Shown: piece after piece, positions 52,543 through 64,000 of the stretch
Layout: every line of letters starts with the position of its first letter
Position numbering within the stretch: position 1 is the first letter of the stretch
Source: Rhynchobatus australiae
Lineage: Eukaryota
Direction: 5' to 3'
Length of the DNA stretch: 64,000 nt
Assembly (NCBI GenBank): GCA_034780895.1
Contig: JAUZTB010000062.1
Span: 5,505,012-5,569,011 of the forward strand
The notes under the pieces: generated by a model
Told to the model about the DNA's origin: nothing
The model's database searches: none
Seen by the model: only the letters and a program-made list of their open reading frames with translations
Made by a program: the position numbers and the translations under genes

Positions 52543-53329
52543 GTACATCATATGAGCATATTCTCAACCAACGTACTTTAACCATTTCAGCGCATCCTTT
52601 TTTTTTCTGCCTTCAGTTTTGGATTCTCCCTTTCTCTATTATTCTTGCCCTTCTCCCCACCTCACAACTGGGAAATATTTGCCTAACATCTACCTGGGAA
52701 GGATAGCAGGTTGATAAGGTAAGGATTACTTTCTTAGTAAAATAGTTAACTGACTGACTGTTTGGACTTTCATGTGAACATGGACAAGAAATCAAGAGGT
52801 AGCAGCATCACCTGCATGGAATTCTACCATAGCAGGGGTTTCCGACTTCAGAGCAAACAGTTGAGAAAACCACTACTTTAGTATACAGTTTTAATATTGC
52901 AAGTTTCAGTAAATTGTTCAAGCAATGTAACAAGCAAGGCTTTTAGACTTGGCTGTGTGCCTCTTCTGAAAAGGTTGTCTGGCAGGTGGTTAATGGCAAA
53001 GTCTGAGGTTTAAAAGGCAGACACTGAAGTTGCATTTGTGGTTTCTTTTTAAATATATACCAATGAGATGCATCAGTTTCCAAAGATATTTGGAAACAAT
53101 TTGTGCAACGTTGTGATCTCTACAAGCAGTGCTTCCTCCTTTGTGTAAGTAAATATCTGAAGCATATAGTTTTGTGGTCATTATCATACATTCTCATTCT
53201 CGTCAGCATTTATCTAATCAATCAGTAATTTCCCTAAAGTACACAAGCTGTTGGGTTTGGAAAAAGCTGTCAAAGTGGGAGCATCAAACAGAATAAATGA
53301 ATATAGGAATTGGATTTTTAATTTATTTA

Positions 53330-54156
53330 CAGGATATGAATGTCATTGGTAAGGCCAGCATTTATTGCCTATCCCAAATTTCTCTAATTTTCCCATGTTC
53401 CCTTCTGTTTCTTGATAAATGTCACAGCTTTGGGGGCACCTAGGTGAGCAAATGTAGTGCACTTGAAGAATGGTGAATTCTGCAACCATGTTTGCTGGTA
53501 GTGGACAGAGTGAATGCTTAGAATGTTGGGTAAGGTACTAATCAAGTGGGCTGCTTTGACCTGGACCCTTAAGATTTTTGAGTCATAAGAGACTGCAGAT
53601 GCTGGAATCTGGAGCAACAAACTATCTATCTGCTGGAGGAACTCAGCAGGTTGAGCAGCATCTGTGGGAGGAAAGAAATTGTTGATGATGTTTCCGGTCA
53701 AAACCCTGCATCAGGACAGGTTTTTGAGTGTTGTTTGAGTTGCACTCAGACAAGTGGAGAACATTGCCTCACGTTCTTGAGTTGTTACTTGTAGATTGTG
53801 GAAAGGCTTTGGGGAGTTGGAAATGAGCTGCCAGCTGTAAAATACCCAGCCTCTGACTTTTCTCGTAGCCACGGTACTTATGTGGCTGGTCCAGTTAAGT
53901 GTCTAGTATATGGCAGCATAGATGGAGGGAGGCTTGGCAATACTAAAGCAAAACATAGTTGTTCTTATTGGAGATGGTCATTGTTTAGCACTTGAGCACC
54001 ACTTATCAACCCATGCCTGAATAACTTCTGGATCTTGCTGCATGGAGGCATAGGCTTGCTTCATTGTCTGAGCAGCTGCAAATACAATTGAACATTGTGC
54101 AATCATTACAGACACCAGTGCTTTTGACCTGATCGTAAAAGGAAGGTCACTGATGA
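53330..54156 (-). mobile_element. Non-LTR retrotransposon remnant (CR1/L2-group RT)
   Basis: Minus ORF 53978 ISDLPFTIRS...MQQDPEVIQAWVDKW resembles INDLP...QQDLDNIQAWADKW; interrupted at 53584-53720. Confidence 0.65.
53584..53720 (-). mobile_element. 137-nt hammerhead-like/pLTR-derived insertion with 9-bp TSD
   Basis: TTTTTGAGT at 53575-53583 and 53721-53729; minus strand CCTGTC-CTGATGC-AGGGTTTTGACCG-GAAA-CATC followed by the pLTR tail. Confidence 0.8.
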
Positions 54157-55109
54157 NNNNNNNNNNTGTAAGCCCATTTTGACACAATTGAAGGTGGTTA
54201 GCCCAAAAGGGCAGTCAGCATCTAAAAGAGGTAGTTAAATTTCTGTACAAATTGATGAATAGTTCTTACTGAAAGATTAAGTTGTGCTGCTGTCTTTACT
54301 GTTCTGAACAGAATGAACGTTTAGGCAATTTTTATCTGAAAGTTTACCTGGTGGCCAACATTTTGAACCATTCCTGTGAAGCACTTGAAGGCGCTATAAG
54401 AATGTGAACTTTTGCTGAAGTAATTCTGTATCTCAAGTTCCCCCTTTTATAAAATCTTCAGCCACATTTCATTAGATGGACAAAGCTGAAGTTTTATTGT
54501 ATCCCCCAGTAATAAGATGCATGCCAAAGCCAGCACTTTTGGTAGTGTTCCTGCTGCTGCCAGTGATGGTACCCTTTTTTTGCTGCTACCTTTTTTGAGC
54601 AGCTGATGACAATTAAAGTGAACTGTTAAATTATATCACGTATTGTGGAGGCTTTGTTATAGGGAGCTAATAATCCCAAACCTCAAGGAGATTCTGCAGT
54701 ACAGCTAGTTTTTTGATTCTGAGTTTGACACTGGAGTTGACGGTCAAAACAAGAGTATATTTGATTGCATTGGAGGACTGTAGCCCAAAATGGTTAATAC
54801 TGTTGTATTTATGTGCTCTACAGATAGTTTGACTCGTGATGAAATAAATTTAAAACATTAATGTTTGTTGTCCACTATCTGTGCTCATTTTAGGGTTAGT
54901 TACGTGGTAAGCTGGTTAAAGCTTAAAACTTTATTAAGTGAAGCTGTACCATGTGGTACAATTTAGTCACCCATTCTTTGGGATTTCTAGTAAGAATCCC
55001 AGCCTAGCTGCTGCTCAGTGGTTGCATCATAGGGGAAATTTTATGTTTCAAAACAAAGAAAATCAAGTGATCCTGTGGTTTCCTAGCATGACATGAACAT
55101 GTTTTCTCC

Positions 55110-55403
55110 TGGATGAGGAGGCTAGAATTAAGGGATCACAATATCAAACTACGGGTAGACAATTTATAATTGAAACAACAAGGAATTTCTCCTTTTTAAA
55201 GAGTGAATCTTCAGAATTCTCTTTCCTGGAGAGCTGAAGAGAGATGTTTTTTCTATTCAAAAGTGTAATTGGTAGATATCTGGACATAAGGGAAATCGGG
55301 ATATTGAGATAATACAGGAAAAGATCAGCCACAATATTGTTGAATGGTGAAGGAGACTTAATGGTCCAAATGCCCTACTCCTATCTTTTGTACTCTTATG
55401 TTC
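55110..55403 (+). mobile_element. CR1 LINE 3' end
   Basis: GGCTAGAATTAAGGGATCACA...GAGTGAATCTT...GATCAGCCACAATATTGTTGAATGGTG...CCTACTCCT...CTTATGTTC. Confidence 0.7.
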
Positions 55404-56339
55404 AGAACAAACTTTGCATTTCATTGTGGGGCAAGGTCAACTCATTTAATTGCATGAAAGTCTGATGATTAATATTAATAGAACTCGTGACAACAAAGGG
55501 CTTTGAAAGCAGTAATACATTCCTTGTCAATGCGTAAGTATCTTGCTATAAATTAATACTGTATTTTTTTTTGCTGATGAGATTATCTAAACAGCCTCAA
55601 TTTTTGCAAAGAACAGCCAATGTCACAATTGCTTATTGCCTCTTAAAAGGATTTTGTACTTGTGGGACCATTTAGGTTCCTTACCTTCAAAGGTGATCTG
55701 AGTGCATGAATCATGTAAACTGTGTATGTGCTTGAAAAATCTGATTGAAGAATTGTTGAAGATGTGCAGAATCTGAATCGGGCAGAGAGTTGAGATCTAA
55801 TTCAATTCTAAAATATTTAGAGGTTGTGAAATAGAGATGGGATAAAGAGAGAGAGATAAAACAAACAAGAAGTGATGAACAATTTTCTTTAACAATTAAA
55901 AGCTAAAGGATTGAGATTCCAGACTTGTAAGAATTACTTCAAATTGCCAGACTGAATGTTGATGTCATTATGAGTTGTCATACAATTGAAAATGAGTCTT
56001 AATTTTGTTGAGTTTAGTGAGTATGCATTAGTAAAGTATGGGAAACTTACTGTCCTATTTATTTCAAAGCCAAGTCTATTAGAACAATGCTGATGCTGCA
56101 CAGCCTCTGGGAAGTTGAGGCAACTTGGGCAGCAGCATCCTGATTTTTGTTTTAGCTATCAAATGTTGCAGCTTGATTTACACTTTGAGTAATGTTGTTT
56201 TGTTAGCTTTCATTTGTGCCTCAGGATGCAAGCTAAAATGTGTGAAGTTGTACTTGTCTGTTAAATGGCATCTTGATGTGTGTAATTAGTATATTGATTA
56301 GAGCATTTTCATTATGCTAATAATATGATCAGTTTGTTG

Positions 56340-58025
56340 AAGCTTCATGGGATGTAGACAAGCTGAGCATGTGGGCAAGAACAGGGCAGATATAATGAGC
56401 AAAACAGAAATTAGGGTTTCTTTCTCAAATGGTGAGAGATTGGGTAATGTTGTTGTCAAAAACACCTGGGACTTGTATAAAAGTCACTGAAAGCCAAAAT
56501 GTAGGTGCAGCAAGTGCTTCGGAAGGCAAATGATATATTGGTCTTCATTACAGACATCTCCTGCATACGGCTGTCTGGGTAACAGAAATTTTCCCTTACA
56601 GAATTCGCAAATCGCCACTCAAAAATTTGAGATACAGAATTAGATTTGCTCTTGTGGAATTTATGAAGGAAATAAATACAAAATGTGAGAGAAACAACAA
56701 ATTTTGTCATTTTTTTTTAGTCACTCAGTAGTGTAGGGCAATAAGATTTGGACATGACATCACCACGTCAATTAGAATGGCAATCACAGCCATGCCTCTC
56801 CTTTGTCACTCCTTCTCCAGTCCAAGGACATGCGAACAGGTCTCGGAGTGCAGCACTGCTGCGCTTTTCATCTGCAAGGCATTTTTTTCTGATATGCTGC
56901 ATTGTGGGGAGCCAGGGAAGCCACAGCCAGCTCCCTAAAGTAATCCATCGGCCTTTATTCCACTTCTGTTAACTCACTGCACTTTAACCCATTACCTGCC
57001 GAATTCCTTCTACATCAACTTTCTCCCATGAACCCAGATCCTCAAATCTCATACCTTCCTTGATATCCCTACTTCCTAAACCCTTTCCTTGCTCCATGAG
57101 GAGGAGGAGGAGGAAAGGAGCACCCTTTCCACACTCCACAAGCCTTGCACGTCAGAGAAAATGTCTTGCAGATAAAGAGTGCGATAGTGCTGCACTCTGA
57201 GACGTCTGTTCTCATGACCTCAGACTGAAGGAGAGGGACTCAGCTGTGACTGCCAGTCCAATCGATGTGGTGGCGTCACATCCAAGTCTTACTGCCCTAT
57301 GGTATTGAGTGAGTAAAAATAAAAACTGACAAAATTTGTTGTTACTTTCAATGAACCTTGTCCATGCCCCGAATCTAATGTTGGCCTCAGCTGTTAAATA
57401 ATGGCAGAGGATCACTTTGTCATCACTGATAGAATGACTTAATATGAGAGAAAAACATCCAGTAGGAATGCATCTTCACTTATAACATGGGATTCAATGG
57501 GAGAAGGGGGTTTGCGTTACAGAAAATTGCAACAAGGACTGCTTTCTAACCCCTCTATAACGCAGGGGTCACCTGTACAAGGATTTGAGGGCAGGAGCAG
57601 AGATGTCTTGATGCAATTATATTGGACTTGGTGAGACTGCACCTGGAGTACTGTGAACAATTGTGTCACCTTTTCCAAAACAAAGCATATTTGCCATAGA
57701 GGAAGCTTGGAGAAAATTCTCAGGACTGGTTCCAGGGATGAAAAATTCTCCATAGCAGGAGAGACCAGGCAGAGCTGGACAGTGCTCTTCTCAGATGAGG
57801 AGGAATTCTCTCAGAAACCCATGGATCTTTGAAGTTCTGCAACCCAAAAGGTTGTGGACACTGAATCATTTGGTATATTCAAAGCCAAGGTACATATTTT
57901 TATACTATAGAGCAATCGAAGGCTATTGGCAGAGATGTGGAGTTCATGCCAAATAGCAGATCAACCATGGTCTTCACAATGGTGGAGTAGACTTGAGGTT
58001 CTATATGGGCTGCTCCCCTTATGCA
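56340..58025 (+). mobile_element. CR1 LINE interrupted by a DNA transposon
   Basis: GGTCTTCAT-TA-[insert]-CAAGGATTTGAG; downstream TTGGTGAGACTGCACCTGGAGTACTGTG (LVRLHLEYC); 3' tail AATGGTGGAGTAGACTTGAGG. Confidence 0.75.
56551..57575. mobile_element. Tigger/pogo-like non-autonomous DNA transposon, about 1 kb
   Basis: TA|CAGACATCTCCTGCATAC ... TAACGCAGGGGTCACCTG|TA: degenerate TIRs and TA TSD; removing it restores a contiguous CR1 sequence. Confidence 0.7.
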
Positions 58026-60340
58026 CTCAAGTAATAATTGTACATTGTTGCAAGGTGTGATGTGTGTTTGCATGGCTGTGTCTATGATTTTCATCATGAT
58101 TTTGCACTAAGCAAAATTTGTATTGCTGCCAGTTAAGCCCTGGCTCATTCATAGTCTAGTCTTTCACCAAGATGAAAGTAGTTTGTGGCCAGTAGCATGG
58201 GAATTTTTATCCAAAAATAATAACTCTTGCTAATGTAAAAACTACTGGTGGAAAGAAAAGGCTGTTTTGAGTTTTGTCTGAGGGTGAGGAGAAACTGCAG
58301 AGAATAACCAGAACGTGTACTTTGTAAACAACATTTTATTTAAAATTTTTTGCATTTTATATTTTCCACCCTTTTGGTCTCTGTGGAGAATTTGGAACCA
58401 CGTAACAAATTTATGAAGAGACTAAGATGAGTTACAATGTAACCTAAAAAGACCAGTGCCCTGACTTGTACAGCAGGTGCACTCCAAGGGGTTTCCTTTG
58501 GTTGATGTCAGCCAAATGTTTGAGGCAAATAGAAGGAATGCAAGTTGCACAGAAATTGCCATGAGAATCTGAATTTAAATTTAAACCACAAGTTAAAATA
58601 AATGATTCTCCAATACTAGGTTAATTTTTGTTTTAAGTTTCTCATTGTTTTAGAAACCACTCCCTCACTAATTTAGAAATTGTGAAAAATTCATCAGCAT
58701 TATTAAAACTGAAATTTTGGTTTAGCTTCTAAAATATGCTTTGTACCCTCTTTCAGTTTTTGAACTTGGATATTTGTTTCAGAAAACTCTGCAGTACAGA
58801 GTAAATGTGAAAATTTTAAGAATTATAATCCCAAAAGTGAAACTCATTTTGTTTAGAAGTGTTCTTTAGAGTAGCTAGGTAATTTTAAATAGAGACACAG
58901 AAGTTTATTATCCTTCAAATTATAGCGATTTAAAACATACCATTAAAACAATGAATCAAAAGTACCTGAAAGACCATCTGTTTATGAGCTGCAGGGATTT
59001 GCAACAATTGCCAAAGATTTTTCTAGTTTTATTGCCAATGGGTAGTACTGAAAAATTCCCTCATTCCTGTGGTCAGCCAGCCAAGCACACTGTCCCAGCC
59101 AGGTTGCTAATACAAACAGCATTTTGTCAGTAATAGGCTCTTGCCAATCAGTTACTTGGAACATGATGTGGTACAGAGCTTAGATCAAAGGTGTAAGGAT
59201 TGGCATGCTGTTGTATTTTGAAATGGTACTCTTAAATCTGAGATGTTCTTTTTGGCCCTGACGATTGGTGGAAGCAAGAATCAGCAATCCAGAATTACTA
59301 TTGCTTTCAGAATGACCTTGTTTAGTCTATAAATGTTTTCTCATGCAGCTGCTGTATTAATTAGATTATGGGTTAGACTGAAGAAGGGTTTCTATTTGGC
59401 AGAAATTTTATTTTTTCTCCTGTCTCTGTTCTCTTGCTCTCTACCAGAGTCCCTGCTGTAAAATCCCGAGATTTGCAATCGGCATTGTTTTAGAATGACC
59501 CTACAAGTATTTAAATCAAAACATTTTTAATGTCTACAAGTTTGATCAACCATGCTGTCACTCTTCAGAGTAGGGATTTGAGGTTGGGAAAATTGTTGTG
59601 GGAGAATTACTTTTCTGTCACTAGAAGGGGAAAAAAATTTGCTTATGCAGTGCCTTTTACAGCCTCTGCATTCAGAAACATATTGTGGCCAATGAATAAC
59701 TTCTGAAATCTAGTCACTGTTAGAGGAAAGTTTCTGATTCTCCATCCCATTTCCCTAATTTCTGCATTTCCTATTCACCATCTACAACTACTCAAAAAAC
59801 AAGGGGCACATATTTTCCTGTAATATATCGACATTAAAATAATCTAAACTGGATTTCTGAACCTTATTTGTTCTATAGTCACAAAGGTGATTTTATCCTG
59901 TCCTGTGTGAATCTAGTGTGGTGCTACATTTGCTGTGTTTTCCTGCTTTTAAGGAGAGAAACGCGCATCTCCTAATTGCCTTCTGGAAATTACTGATAGA
60001 AGGAATGTGCATAGAATCGTTGGAATACACTGATTGGTGTAGGTCATTTGGCCAGTCATGTTCAGGACAGCCAAGAATTAATTATTCAAACTAATCCCAT
60101 GTCCTGGCTCTATAGTCTTGTGGTGGTTGTGCACATTAAGTACTCATCCAGATACTTTTTCAATGTATTATGCTTTTCTGCCCCAAGCATCCTTTTCAGG
60201 CAGTGAGTTCCAGCCCCTGGCACTGTTTGCTTGAAAAAATATTTCCTCAACTCTCCCCACACTTTCTGCCAATTATCTTAAATCTATGCCCCTTGTGGTT
60301 GTCTTGTTTATAAAGATAAGAGCTTTCCTATTCAACAGTC

Positions 60341-61572
60341 AATGGAAATCAAACAAAAACTACAGATGCTGGAAATCTGAAATATGAATGAAATATACTG
60401 GAAGCATCTGGCAGGTGAGGCAGCATCTGTGAAAAGAGGAGTTAATATGTCAGTATGTCTGAAATAGGAAGGAGAGAAAATAAATTGGGATGAAGTTGCC
60501 AAGAAAATGAGGAAAGGATGGGTAGGAGAAGGGAATATCTGTATGGTGAAGCCAGGATTGTCATGGGGATAAGATGTAAATGAGAGCATTTGGTCGTTGT
60601 GTTAATGGGGGTGGAAGGAACTTGTTCCTTTGTTCATAACAACAGTGAAGGAAGTTAGAAAGTAAAACCGCAGACAATGGAGCATAAGATGCGAAATGCA
60701 GGGCTGCAGAATGAGCCCAGCTGGCAAGGCTATTAAAGGAGATAGAAAAAAACTGAGCTAATATCAAAGATGAATTACCTGGCCTATTACATAGAAAAGG
60801 CAAGTTAGATGAAGTTGTAAATTCCAACTTGAGTCCAGAAGACTGCACCACCCTTAGGCGGAAGGCGAGGTGCTCTTCAAGCTTATGTTGGGCCTCATTG
60901 TAACAGTGCAGGAGGATGCAGACAGGTCAGAGTGGGATGGAGAATTGAAGTGGTGGGCAACAGGAAGCCAGGTCACCCCTGCATAATGAATGTAGGCACT
61001 CCGTAAAGCAGTCACCCAATCTGCATTTGTTTTCTCCGATGTGGAGGAGATCACATTTTGAATGCCAAATGCAGTTTACCAGGATGGAAGAAGTGTAACT
61101 GAATTGCTGCTTCCCCAGGAAGGACTATTTGCGTCCCTGGATTGTGGGAACGGAAGAGCCAAAAGGACAAGTGTTGCAACTCTTATGGTTTCATGGGGAA
61201 GTGCTGCAAGAAGTGGGGTGCTTGGTGGCACTAGAAGAGCAGACCAGGGAGTCGCGAAGGGAATAGTCTCATCAAAATGGGAGGAGATGATGCCATTCAC
61301 AGCTTATCCTCAGGGCAACACTTGTCTTACCATATCAGAATTATGCCAATTGTCCTATTCTTCCATCCGTCATCTAGCCTCCCTGCAATTAAATAATAAC
61401 TTATTTTCTCTCCTTCCCAGTTTTTTTTATAAGATATCTTTATTAGTCACATGTACATCGAAACACACACAGTGAAATACATCTTTTGCAGTTCTGGTGA
61501 AGGGCCTTTAACCTGAGATGAACTCTGTTTCTCTTTCCATGGATGCCTGACCTGCTGTTTCCATCATTTTCT
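60341..61572 (-). mobile_element. Penelope-like insertion with inverted pseudo-LTR and 10-bp TSD
   Basis: TTCAACAGTC at 60331-60340 and 61573-61582; antisense pLTR and GIY-YIG (minus strand KCDLLHIGENKCRLGDCF near 61000-61060), then a sense pLTR from about 61320. Confidence 0.75.
61423..61488 (-). mobile_element. 5'-truncated SINE tail (same family as 2948-3240, or its partner LINE)
   Basis: ATAAGATATCTTTATTAGTCACATGTACATCGAAACACACACAGTGAAAT, near-identical to 2950-2998; flanked by CAGTT at 61418-61422 and 61489-61493. Confidence 0.8.
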
Positions 61573-62298
61573 TTCAACAGTCTTCTTAACCCTATCTTGG
61601 CTGCTCACAATTTTACTTACTTCAATTTATAACTCCCCTCAGCCTTCCCTGTAAAAGAAAATTAGTTGATACAGTGGTGCAGCTGACTCTACCTTCAGGG
61701 ATCTATGACCATATACTCTGAGATCCCTCTTTTTTCTGCATTTGTCAGTAGCCTACCATTTATTTTGCATTCCCTTAATTAATTTGCCCTTCCCAAATGT
61801 GTAACTTCGCACAACTCTACATTGGATATGTTGGTGTGCTTTTTGAAGAAGGAGGACAAACATGAGGGTGTAGAAGATAGAATAGTACCCCATATCTCGA
61901 GACTGTGACCCCTGGTTCTAGACTCTCTAGCCAAGGAAAACATGCTCCTTGCAAGCCCTATCAGTTCTCAGTTTTAATGATATCTCCTCTTATTCTTCCA
62001 ATCTTTGAACACAAGCCTAGNNNNNNNNNNNNNNNNNNNNNNNNNNNNNNNNNNNNNNNNNNNNNNNNNNNNNNNNNNNNNNNNNNNNCAATGTAAACAA
62101 AGATCTCTGTTGGAAACAATAGCTGATGCAGTTTATTGCTTTTTACTATGCTGTAGAGGTGAAGAGAAGTCTGATTCTGCATATGTTGATGGTGTGTAAC
62201 TCAGACTCTTCCTGGGATGTACCAGAAATTCCCAGAGCACTCTTTAGATCGATTTTAAAGTGTTCTTGTTCTCATCATCCTTCTGTTTTTCTATCCAG

Positions 62299-62509
62299 TC
62301 GCCAGAACCACCTGAAAGAACAGCAACAACAGCAGCAACCCCCTCCGGCCCCTCCGATTCTCCTGCCTGATGAAGCTGAATGCCTTACTGTGCCTAGATA
62401 TAAACGAGACTTGGTCCAAAAGCTCAAGATCCTCAGACAAGAGCTGTCACAGCAGCAGCCCCAGGCTGGTCACTGTCGCATTGAGGTTTCCAGGGAAGAG
62501 ATATTTGAG
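62299..62509 (+). CDS. SMURF2: SMURF2 coding exon 11 (linker into HECT N-terminus)
   Basis: tttttctatccAG|TCGCCAG...ATATTTGAG|GTagag; RQNHLKEQQQQQQPPPAPPILLPDEAECLTVPRYKRDLVQKLKILRQELSQQQPQAGHCRIEVSREEIFE; 211 nt. Confidence 0.96.
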
Positions 62510-63004
62510 GTAGAGACTCTCTTTTATTCTCTTTCGAAAATTCAAAAGCAGAATAACTGATGGTAAATAGCTTTGATTTGTTTCTGTGAAGGTTTTTGAG
62601 AGACACTAGCACAGTTTCTAATTGCAGCAAAAGAAATGATACTGTTTCCAAACATGGACTCTTGCCAGTTAGTCTACACAGAGTAGTGTAAAGAGCATTT
62701 GTTCCAAGACAAATGCTCTTCAGGTGGCCTGTATAGGTAAGAGTATCTTGTTGGTTGATATACTGGTTGATAGACTATGATGCTTGTCTGCTGCTTTAAA
62801 TTTTCATGGATTTCTCTGATCTTTCATTATTCCCTCATCTGGATATGTTCTTTTATCAGAAGTATTTTGCAATATGCCGTGCAGTTATTGTTGAATCCTT
62901 TAAATTTAGGTTTTTTTTGTTCAGAACTAGCTTGTCTTTGAAATTGGTTTTGATTTCCAGTTGAGTTTGTATGTTGATTCTGTTAGGTATGCACAGAGCA
63001 AGAA

Positions 63005-64000
63005 TGACAACGGTACAGTAGAATAAACACCTTTACTGATTCATATTAATCAAAATGCAGAAACTGAGCAACTTATAATCGTAGATCCACAAGGTGGTCC
63101 ACAGAGATCTAAAAGCACGCGAGTCCCTGAAGTCCCACACCAAAAGTGAAGTTGCATGCGTCAGAGGGCATCATTCCTCTGCCAAGCAATCGGCTGGCCA
63201 GAGCATGCATGCATATAGGTATACATGTGTGTGCTGCCACGTTCGTGCCATTGATCTGCTGAACGATTGACCAGCTGGCATGCGCACGCAATTCGCCACA
63301 ATTGCTGCATTCTCTGTATGGTTCATCTTTTCTTCAATTAGGGATTCAAAGTATTACAATAACAATCATAGGCAAGACACTGCCTTTCATTTAATAGTCC
63401 ATAAAAAATTGCAGTAGATCGATGGTCAATCTGATTGTAAAACTGCAGATGTCTTCAGAGAATGTCCTGTATTTCTTGATACACAAGAATGTAAACAAGA
63501 GCTCATTCTCTTTAGCCCATTGACCATGAGCCCCCACGACAAATCCGAAGTACTCAACGATCAATGTATTTGTTAAATCTTTCACTTGTGATGTTCTCTG
63601 TATGGTTTCCCCCCCCCCCCCATAGGAACTGCAGGGGAAGAAAATAGGTTGGGTGAACATAGGGAAGATTTGAGAAGAATTTTCCACCACTATTCTGCCT
63701 GGTATCGGTCAACCGGCCGATGCACCCTCATGAACCACCGCAGGGGAGGTGGCATCTCTCTTGGTGTCTTCCTGAATAGCTGATTCTGAGGTCGGTGGGT
63801 TGTGAAGGTCCTCCCCTCTTGATGAAGTGTCCATTGGTTCATCTACTTGAATGGTAGATTCATCGGCAGGGGACACTCCTGTGGCTTCGCCAGGTCCTCC
63901 GTCGATTTGCTGGGGTATGTGATCCAAATGTCACCTGGACAATTTGACTGTCTGACAATTCAAGTTCTGGAACTTGACTATTATGATGTTGGACTACAGC
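63005..64000 (-). mobile_element. Probable Gypsy-like LTR retrotransposon remnant (3' LTR plus integrase tail), continuing beyond the window
   Basis: CpG-rich 63005-63300 reads TGTGGCGA...CGTTGTCA on minus (TG..CA); near 63900-63975 minus ELSDSQIV/HLDHI resembles the Gypsy integrase C-terminal VxLxDGxxxRRHxDHI, followed by a low-complexity acidic tail; no clear adjacent PPT. Confidence 0.45.

Larger units (their letters stand above)
60010..61830 (-). mobile_element. CR1 LINE host split by a Penelope-like insertion
   Basis: CR1 antisense tail 60010-60340 (GGCAGTGAGTTCCAG...TTAAATCTATGCCCC) resumes after 61573 (CTCACAATTTTAC...CCCCTCAGCCTTC). Confidence 0.7.

Noticed and set aside
996-62509. 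SMURF1 as the gene identity (FAKIVVDG and DSITISV residues are SMURF1-like)
   Set aside because: Three WW domains, including the SMURF2-specific WW1 exon, plus NLVKKDFF and LTVPRYKRDLVQKLKILRQELSQQQPQAGHC match SMURF2.
1-64000. Prokaryotic-type systems (CRISPR arrays, operons), a nested protein-coding gene, or U12 introns
   Set aside because: No regularly spaced repeats, no coherent second exon chain on either strand, and all introns are GT-AG without the GTATCCTT U12 donor.

Overview
Eukaryotic, AT-rich, CpG-depleted vertebrate genomic DNA from a draft assembly with many N-gaps. The repeat content (CR1 LINEs, Penelope-like elements, a V-type SINE) points to a cartilaginous fish; that assignment is inferred. 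The whole window lies inside one + strand gene, SMURF2 (C2-WW-WW-WW-HECT E3 ubiquitin ligase). Ten coding exons (2-11) were traced by hand with GT-AG boundaries and matching phases; exon 1 and most of the HECT domain lie outside the window. Most supplied ORFs are noise or decayed transposon remnants. The introns hold nested mobile elements: CR1, RTE, Penelope-like (RT, GIY-YIG, pseudo-LTRs with hammerhead-ribozyme-like cores), Tc1/mariner-type non-autonomous DNA elements, SINEs and LTR pieces. I find no evidence for a new protein-coding system. The best leads are: at least 11 hammerhead-like repeats, one a 137-nt unit with a 9-bp TSD; two insertions of the same SINE at essentially the same hammerhead position; a LINE-tail fragment abutting the exon 9 acceptor; and several unexplained structured hairpins. 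Repeat boundaries are approximate unless a TSD or TIR is quoted. Family calls and human comparisons are from memory, not database searches.
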